Assembly (NCBI GenBank): GCA_050253335.1
Contig: JBFWJG010000057.1
Span: 1-12,232, forward strand
Length of the DNA stretch: 12,232 bases
Source: Deferribacterales bacterium
GTDB lineage: Bacteria > Chrysiogenota > Deferribacteres > Deferribacterales > Geovibrionaceae
Direction of reading: 5' to 3'
The translations under genes and the position numbers were made by a program. Positions 6,353 to 12,232 of this stretch are shown here, piece by piece. The first letter of the stretch is position 1. Every line of letters starts with the position of its first letter. The notes under the pieces were generated by a model. It made no database searches. It was not told the DNA's origin and saw only the letters and a program-made list of their open reading frames with translations.

Positions 6353-9300
6353 ATGGCTAACAGAAGAAAAGTCAACATAGACGGCAATACCGCTGCCGCT
6401 CATGTTGCCCATGCAACCAATGAAGTCATAGCGATTTATCCCATCACTCCCTCTTCCGTAATGGGCGAAATTGCAGACGAGAAAAGCGCCGTCGGCGAAG
6501 TTAACATATGGGGCACTGTTCCCAGAGTTGTTGAGCTTCAGTCCGAAGGCGGAGCCTCAGGCACTGTTCACGGTGCACTTTCGACCGGAGCACTCACTAC
6601 AACCTTCACTGCTTCGCAGGGACTTCTTCTTATGATTCCCAACATGCTGAAAATAGCCGGTGAACTTACTCCCACTGTTTTCCATGTGAGCGCCAGAGCC
6701 ATAGCATCACACGCTCTTTCCATCTTCGGCGATCATTCAGACGTTATGAGCTGCCGCCAGACAGGCTGGGCAATGCTCTGTTCAAACAACCCTCAGGAAG
6801 TTATGGACTTTGCGCTCATCTCTCAGGCAGCTACCCTTGAAGGCAGGATCCCGGTTCTCCACTACTTTGACGGTTTCAGAACTTCACATGAAATCCGCAC
6901 AACGGAAGAGCTTTCCCTTGAAGACATGAGAGCGATGATCAGCGACGAGCTTGTGCGCAATCACAGAGCAAGAGCGCTCACTCCCGACTGTCCCACTATA
7001 AAAGGCACTGCGCAGAACCCTGACGTATTCTTCCAGAGCCGCGAAACAGCCAACAAGTACTACACCGACTTCCCAGCCATTATGCAGAATCAGATGAACA
7101 AATTTGCCGACCTTACGGGCAGACAATATAAACTTGTTGACTACTTCGGCGCTCCCGACGCAGAGAAAGTAATCATCATCATGGGTTCCGGTGCTGATGT
7201 CGCTGAGGAAACAGTTGAATACATGACTTCACTCGGCGAGAAAGTGGGTATAGTCAAAATCAGACTCTACAGACCTTTCCCCCTTGCTGACTTCATCAAC
7301 TCTCTTCCCAAAACGGTTAAGAAAATAGCCGTTCTGGACAGAACAAAAGAACCCGGTTCAATAGGCGAGCCTATGTACCTTGACGTCCGCACTGCTATCG
7401 GCGAAGCCATGCAGAAAAAGATGTTCAAGTTCGACGGCTACCCTGTGATAGTCGGCGGAAGATACGGCCTCGGCTCAAAAGAGTTTACACCTTCCATGGT
7501 TAAGGCTGTTTTTGACAACCTCGACAAAGACGAGCCCATGAACGGCTTCTCTGTGGGTATAGAGGATGACCTCAACAAAACAAGCCTCGCTTACGACCCC
7601 AACTGGATGACTCCCAGAGACGGCGTTTACAACGCTATGTTCTTCGGCCTCGGTTCAGACGGTACTGTGGGCGCTAACAAAAACTCAGCCAAAATCATCG
7701 GCGAATACACCGACAACAATGTTCAGGCGTACTTCGTTTATGACTCAAAGAAAGCAGGCTCGATGACCACATCACACCTGCGTTTCGGCAAAAAAGATAT
7801 AAAAAGCTCATACCTTGTACAGGAAGCTGACTTCGTGGCATGCCACAACTTCTCTTTCCTTGACAAGTATGAAATGCTTAAATACCTCAGACCCGGCGGA
7901 ACATTCCTTCTCAACAGCCAGTTTGACAAGGACACTGTATGGAGCCATCTTCCTGAGGTAGTCAAAAAGCAGATAATCGCCAAAAAAGCCAAATTCTTTG
8001 TTATCAACGCTGTTGATGCCGCTGAGAAAATCGGTCTGGGTTCAAGATACAACGTTATCCTCCAGACAGCGTTCTTCAAAGAATCGGGCATCCTCCCCTT
8101 TGATAAGGCAGTGGAAGCGATCAGCGATGCCATTAAAAAATCATACGGCAGATACGGCGAGAAAGTCGTCAACATGAACCTCAAGTCTGTTGAGGCCGGT
8201 TCCACGGAGCTTTTCGAAGTTGACTACTCAAAAGAGGACAAGCTCGGCGTTAAGGAAAACGAAGTTATTCCTTTTCCCATCATCAACAACTGTGTGACAG
8301 ATAAAGACGCCACTCCTTTTGTTAAAGAGGTTACAAGCGTGCTTGTCGCCAACAGAGGGGACGAGGTTCCTGTTTCCAAACTGCCCGTTGACGGAACTTT
8401 CCCCACGGGAACAGCCAAGTTTGAAAAACGCAACATCGCGATAAGCGCACCCGTGTGGGAAGAAGAGCTCTGCATACAGTGTGCAATCTGCTCATTCGTA
8501 TGCCCCCACGCTGCTATCAGGACAATGGTTTATGACCCTGCCGTACTCGACAAGGCTCCCAAAACCTTTAAATCCGGCGATGCGAGAGGAAAAGAGTTCG
8601 CAGGAATGAAGTTCACTGTACAGCTTGCTCCTGAGGACTGCACAGGCTGCGGCGCTTGCGTACACAACTGCCCCGCGAAAAGCAAAACCGATCCTTCAGT
8701 AAAAGCGATCAACATGAAGCCTCAGCATGAAATCAGAGATCAGGAAGCGGAAAACTTCGCGTTCTTCCTCACTATTCCTGAACTTCCTGTTGATAAATAC
8801 AACAAAAACTCACTCAAAGGAAGCCAGCTTGCTCCCCATCTGTTTGAGTTCTCCGGCGCTTGCGCAGGCTGCGGCGAAACTCCCTATGTTAAACTGCTTG
8901 CCCAGCTTTTCGGTGACAGAGCAATAATCGCCAACGCCACAGGCTGCTCCTCCATCTACGGCGGCAACCTGCCCACAACGCCCTACACAGTAAGGTGCGA
9001 CGGCAGAGGCCCCGCTTGGTCAAACTCACTGTTCGAGGACAACGCTGAGTTCGGCTACGGCATGAGACTCACAGTTGATCAGTTCGAGCTTCAGGCGAAA
9101 GAGCTTATGGAAAAACTCAGCGGCAAGCTGGACAAAGCTCTTATTGCTGAAATCCTGAACGCAGAGCAGAAAGACCAGCTCCAGATCGAACAGCAGAGAG
9201 AAAGAGTTGCGAAACTCAAAGCTCAGGCTGAGAAGATAGGAACTGAAGACGCCAAAAACCTTATATCCCTTGCTGACTATCTCGTTAAGAAATCCGTTTG

Positions 9301-9943
9301 GATTCTCGGCGGTGACGGATGGGCATATGACATAGGCTACGGCGGTCTTGACCATGTTCTCGCGGCAACAGAGAACATCAATGTTCTGGTTCTCGACACA
9401 GAGGTTTACTCAAACACAGGCGGTCAGGCTTCAAAATCAACGCCCATCGGCGCTGCCGCGAAATTCGCTTTCTCCGGCAAAGTGCCCGAGAAAAAAGACC
9501 TCGGCATGATAGCCATGACTTACGGACACATATATGTAGCGAAGGTTTCTCTCGCGAACCCCGCTCAGTGTATTAAAGCATTTGTTGAGGCCGAGCAGTA
9601 CGACGGTCCTTCAATCATAATCGCTTACTCACACTGCATTGCTCACGGTATAGACATGGCGAGCGGTGTTGATGCTCAGAAAAGGGCAGTGAACTCCGGC
9701 TACTGGCCGCTGTTCCGCTTCCACCCCGACAGATTCGCGGCGGGAGAAAACCCCCTTGTTTTCGACAGCAAAGATCCCTCAATAAGCCTGAAAGATTTCA
9801 TGGCTACGGAGAACAGGTTCAAGGTTGTTCAGAAAATGTTCCCCGAAAAAGCGAAAGAACTCGCGGAAATCGCGGACGAAAAAATGAAACGCAGATTCTC
9901 CATCTACAAACAGCTTGCTGAGAAGATGGACTGCAGCAAATAA
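6353..9943 (+). CDS. nifJ: Pyruvate:ferredoxin (flavodoxin) oxidoreductase, single-chain type; start corrected to ATG 6353 (1196 aa)
   Basis: AAGGAGG RBS at 6342-6348 precedes ATG 6353. Motifs YPITPSS, QSEGGA, FDGFRTSHE, GLGSDGTVGANK, two ferredoxin motifs (CIQCAICSFVCP and CTGCGACVHNCP), GACAGCGE, ATGCSSIYGG, TPP-binding GGDGWAYDIG, and CIAHG. Confidence 0.98.
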   Translation: MANRRKVNIDGNTAAAHVAHATNEVIAIYPITPSSVMGEIADEKSAVGEVNIWGTVPRVVELQSEGGASGTVHGALSTGALTTTFTASQGLLLMIPNMLKIAGELTPTVFHVSARAIASHALSIFGDHSDVMSCRQTGWAMLCSNNPQEVMDFALISQAATLEGRIPVLHYFDGFRTSHEIRTTEELSLEDMRAMISDELVRNHRARALTPDCPTIKGTAQNPDVFFQSRETANKYYTDFPAIMQNQMNKFADLTGRQYKLVDYFGAPDAEKVIIIMGSGADVAEETVEYMTSLGEKVGIVKIRLYRPFPLADFINSLPKTVKKIAVLDRTKEPGSIGEPMYLDVRTAIGEAMQKKMFKFDGYPVIVGGRYGLGSKEFTPSMVKAVFDNLDKDEPMNGFSVGIEDDLNKTSLAYDPNWMTPRDGVYNAMFFGLGSDGTVGANKNSAKIIGEYTDNNVQAYFVYDSKKAGSMTTSHLRFGKKDIKSSYLVQEADFVACHNFSFLDKYEMLKYLRPGGTFLLNSQFDKDTVWSHLPEVVKKQIIAKKAKFFVINAVDAAEKIGLGSRYNVILQTAFFKESGILPFDKAVEAISDAIKKSYGRYGEKVVNMNLKSVEAGSTELFEVDYSKEDKLGVKENEVIPFPIINNCVTDKDATPFVKEVTSVLVANRGDEVPVSKLPVDGTFPTGTAKFEKRNIAISAPVWEEELCIQCAICSFVCPHAAIRTMVYDPAVLDKAPKTFKSGDARGKEFAGMKFTVQLAPEDCTGCGACVHNCPAKSKTDPSVKAINMKPQHEIRDQEAENFAFFLTIPELPVDKYNKNSLKGSQLAPHLFEFSGACAGCGETPYVKLLAQLFGDRAIIANATGCSSIYGGNLPTTPYTVRCDGRGPAWSNSLFEDNAEFGYGMRLTVDQFELQAKELMEKLSGKLDKALIAEILNAEQKDQLQIEQQRERVAKLKAQAEKIGTEDAKNLISLADYLVKKSVWILGGDGWAYDIGYGGLDHVLAATENINVLVLDTEVYSNTGGQASKSTPIGAAAKFAFSGKVPEKKDLGMIAMTYGHIYVAKVSLANPAQCIKAFVEAEQYDGPSIIIAYSHCIAHGIDMASGVDAQKRAVNSGYWPLFRFHPDRFAAGENPLVFDSKDPSISLKDFMATENRFKVVQKMFPEKAKELAEIADEKMKRRFSIYKQLAEKMDCSK

Positions 9944-9959
9944 TTCAAAAAAGCTTCAG

Positions 9960-9989
9960 AGCCCTCCGGAAACGGAGGGCTTTTTTTTT
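9960..9989 (+). terminator. Rho-independent terminator of the PFOR gene, between convergent genes
   Basis: AGCCCTCCG-GAAA-CGGAGGGCT followed by a T run to 9989. An A6 run at 9947-9952 may give weaker activity on the - strand. Confidence 0.92.
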
Positions 9990-9990
9990 A

Positions 9991-12232
9991 TCAGGATTTT
10001 GCCTTTTCTATCAGGTCTTCTATGTCGGCATTGTCTATCTGGTTTTTATGCAGGTATTTTTCAGCATATTCCATGTAAACGCCGCTTCGGAGAAAAAGCT
10101 CAAACAGCTCTGAATCAATATGCCTGTCTTTCGCCATGAAGCTCATGATTTTCAGAGCCTCGGATAAGGGCTTGGCGTTTTTGTAGGGTCTGTCGCAGGC
10201 GGTGAGCGCTTCAAAAATATCCGCCAGAGCCATTATTCTTGCGGGGATCGAAATATCTTCCGCACTGAGCTTTCTGGGATATCCTGTGCCTTTCAGAGTT
10301 TCGTGGTGCGCTCCGGCATATTCCGGAACACGCTTCAGATCATCAGTGAAGGGTATGCTTTCCAGCATCTTTATGGTCATTATCATGTGTTCGTTTATTT
10401 TGAATCTCTCTTCATTATTAAGGGTTCCCCTGCCGATAAGAAGGTTGTAGAGTTCTCCTCTGTTGTTGAAGTTTTCCGGCACATCAACTCTGAACCTGAG
10501 TTCTTCGTATTCAGCGGGATCAACAGGCCGTTCGTGATTTATTATATGCTCAGTCTTGTCAGCCAGAAGTTTTTCCGTGCAGGGGAGGGAAGGTTCGGGA
10601 ATGTTTCTGATTCTCAGCATTTCTGCACCGCTGAGCCCGAGCCTGTCGCTGAAGTTCCTTGTCCACTCTGTTTTTGCGATCTCCTTCAGCCTTTCCGTTC
10701 TGCTTTCATCCATGAATTCCCCGCCTATATTGCACTCGGCGATAAAAGCAAAATCATCTTTCAGCCTGCTTTGCCTTTCGGCAAGTTCAGCCTCCAGCTC
10801 TGACTTTCTTTCCGGCTCGGCGGCAAGCTTTTCATGATACTCAATCACTGAATCACGGTTGAGAACCTCGAATCTGGTTCTTATTTCGTGTATTCTGTTG
10901 TAGATAGTTTCAAGCTTGGTGGCTTTATCCACCACGTACTCAGGGGTTACAACCTTTCCGCAGTCATGAAGCCATGCTGCTACCTTAAACTCTCTCCATT
11001 CGTTCTGACTTTTGAATGAGAAAGAGCCGAATTTTCCCTCACTGCTTGCATCCGCCGCTTTGGCAAGCATTTCCGCTATAACGGGCACTCTCTCGCAATG
11101 TCCGCCGGTGTACGGAGATTTTGCATCTATAGCTCCGGCGAGAATCTTTATGAATGAGTCAGTGAGTTTGATCTGGTCCGCTTCATAGCGCTTAATTGCA
11201 TTTGCCATATTAACAAGGGATATGGAAAGCTTATAGAACTCATCTATCCGTGTATAAATAATTTCCGTGCTGTCATAGTTCTGAACTGATATGTCTGCGG
11301 TCATTTTTTTCAGCCTGTCGATGGGGTGGATGAACATTTTTCTGATTATGTATGAAACGGGGAAATATATTAACCCCATGATTATTACAGAAATGGCTAT
11401 TGTGATGAGCAGTGTCTGGTTTATGTTCTCTTTTATCGATGCTTTGTCCACAAGAGAAGCGAGAAACCACTTGTTGCCTATACTCCCTGGAACGGGGGTG
11501 ATGAAATAGACATAACTTGCCCCCTCTCCGTTCTCAAGTTCTCCGATACTGCTGCCGTTCATGGCGGAAGTGAAAACTTCTGTGATCCCTTTCATGCCGA
11601 GATCTTTTATTTTCGGCAGAAGCGTATCCACGGACTTATAACTGAATGAGGCTGCTATAACCTCCTGTTGGCTGCTGAAGAGGATCAGCATTCCCCTGAC
11701 AAGGCTTGTTTTGCTTTTCAGCATGTCAGAAAGGCTCTTCAGTGTGTAATCAGCTCCGCAGACATAGATAACCTTTCCGTTTTTATCCAGAGCCGCCACA
11801 GAAACTGTTATGCCCGGTTCGCCTGTTGAGGCGAAAAAATAAGGCTCTGACCAGTACATGCGGTGAGCAGGCGAAACATTCCTGAACCATGTTCTTGTTC
11901 TGGGGTCGTAATCCGCCTTGGCGGACTGTGCTGAAATGTCACTGAAATCATTGTTCTTGAACAGGTATTCATCTGTGGCTGCGGCACTGTCCAGAACTCT
12001 CAGCGCCAGTTCCGGCTCACGTCTTATCTGGATGAAATTGCCTTTCATATCAGCCGCGTAAATACTGGAGAGGTTTCTGTCCGATTTGAGCTGCTCCCAC
12101 ATAACGCGTGTGAAAATATCATGGTTTTCGAGTATTTCCGGATTTTCCGTGATATTCGCCAGTACAGACAGCTTGTTGCCCGTGCTGCGCAGGCTGTCGC
12201 TCAGGGTTTCGGTAATGTTCTTATTGATTTCG
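9991..12232 (-). CDS. Membrane-bound Cache-HAMP-HD-GYP cyclic-dinucleotide phosphodiesterase (partial; start lies beyond the right edge)
   Basis: The frame stays open upstream of the listed ATG (12102) to the window end (EINKNITETLSDSL...). dCache motifs YDPRTRTWF, WSEPY and GITVS; TM helix ITIAISVIIMGLIYF; HAMP (HPIDRL...DEFYKL); HD-GYP motifs YTGGHCERV, LHDCGK, HHETLKGTGYP and ADIFEALTACDRPYK. Confidence 0.93.
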   Translation of the reverse strand, partial: EINKNITETLSDSLRSTGNKLSVLANITENPEILENHDIFTRVMWEQLKSDRNLSSIYAADMKGNFIQIRREPELALRVLDSAAATDEYLFKNNDFSDISAQSAKADYDPRTRTWFRNVSPAHRMYWSEPYFFASTGEPGITVSVAALDKNGKVIYVCGADYTLKSLSDMLKSKTSLVRGMLILFSSQQEVIAASFSYKSVDTLLPKIKDLGMKGITEVFTSAMNGSSIGELENGEGASYVYFITPVPGSIGNKWFLASLVDKASIKENINQTLLITIAISVIIMGLIYFPVSYIIRKMFIHPIDRLKKMTADISVQNYDSTEIIYTRIDEFYKLSISLVNMANAIKRYEADQIKLTDSFIKILAGAIDAKSPYTGGHCERVPVIAEMLAKAADASSEGKFGSFSFKSQNEWREFKVAAWLHDCGKVVTPEYVVDKATKLETIYNRIHEIRTRFEVLNRDSVIEYHEKLAAEPERKSELEAELAERQSRLKDDFAFIAECNIGGEFMDESRTERLKEIAKTEWTRNFSDRLGLSGAEMLRIRNIPEPSLPCTEKLLADKTEHIINHERPVDPAEYEELRFRVDVPENFNNRGELYNLLIGRGTLNNEERFKINEHMIMTIKMLESIPFTDDLKRVPEYAGAHHETLKGTGYPRKLSAEDISIPARIMALADIFEALTACDRPYKNAKPLSEALKIMSFMAKDRHIDSELFELFLRSGVYMEYAEKYLHKNQIDNADIEDLIEKAKS

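Noticed and set aside
6884..11509. Antisense or alternate-frame ORFs within PFOR and the HD-GYP gene (e.g. 7738..8205, 10303..10803, 9915..10139)
   Set aside because: Explained by codon bias on the coding strand; 9915..10139 also crosses the terminator.

Overview
This is a bacterial chromosomal window of mostly housekeeping genes, about 45-50% GC by eye. Gene content and style suggest an anaerobic Gram-negative organism, possibly Deferribacterales-like, but that is an impression only. In order: the 3' end of an unidentified + strand ORF; a COG1237-type MBL-fold hydrolase (-); a densely structured 257-bp intergenic region with a CGTC-tagged REP-like palindrome, a three-hairpin element with two GGA loops, and the glnA terminator; a sigma54-driven glnB-glnA operon (-); a four-gene MCE/Mla-type operon (-) encoding an MlaE permease, a truncated and apparently inactive MlaF-like protein, a long MlaD/MCE protein and a lipoprotein; a divergent pyruvate:ferredoxin/flavodoxin oxidoreductase (+) with promoter and terminator; and a 5'-truncated Cache-HAMP-HD-GYP signalling protein (-). 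The most interesting items are the MCE system with a pseudo-ATPase and the GGA-loop element. No transposase, CRISPR array, tRNA or rRNA was seen. Novelty cannot be established without database searches.
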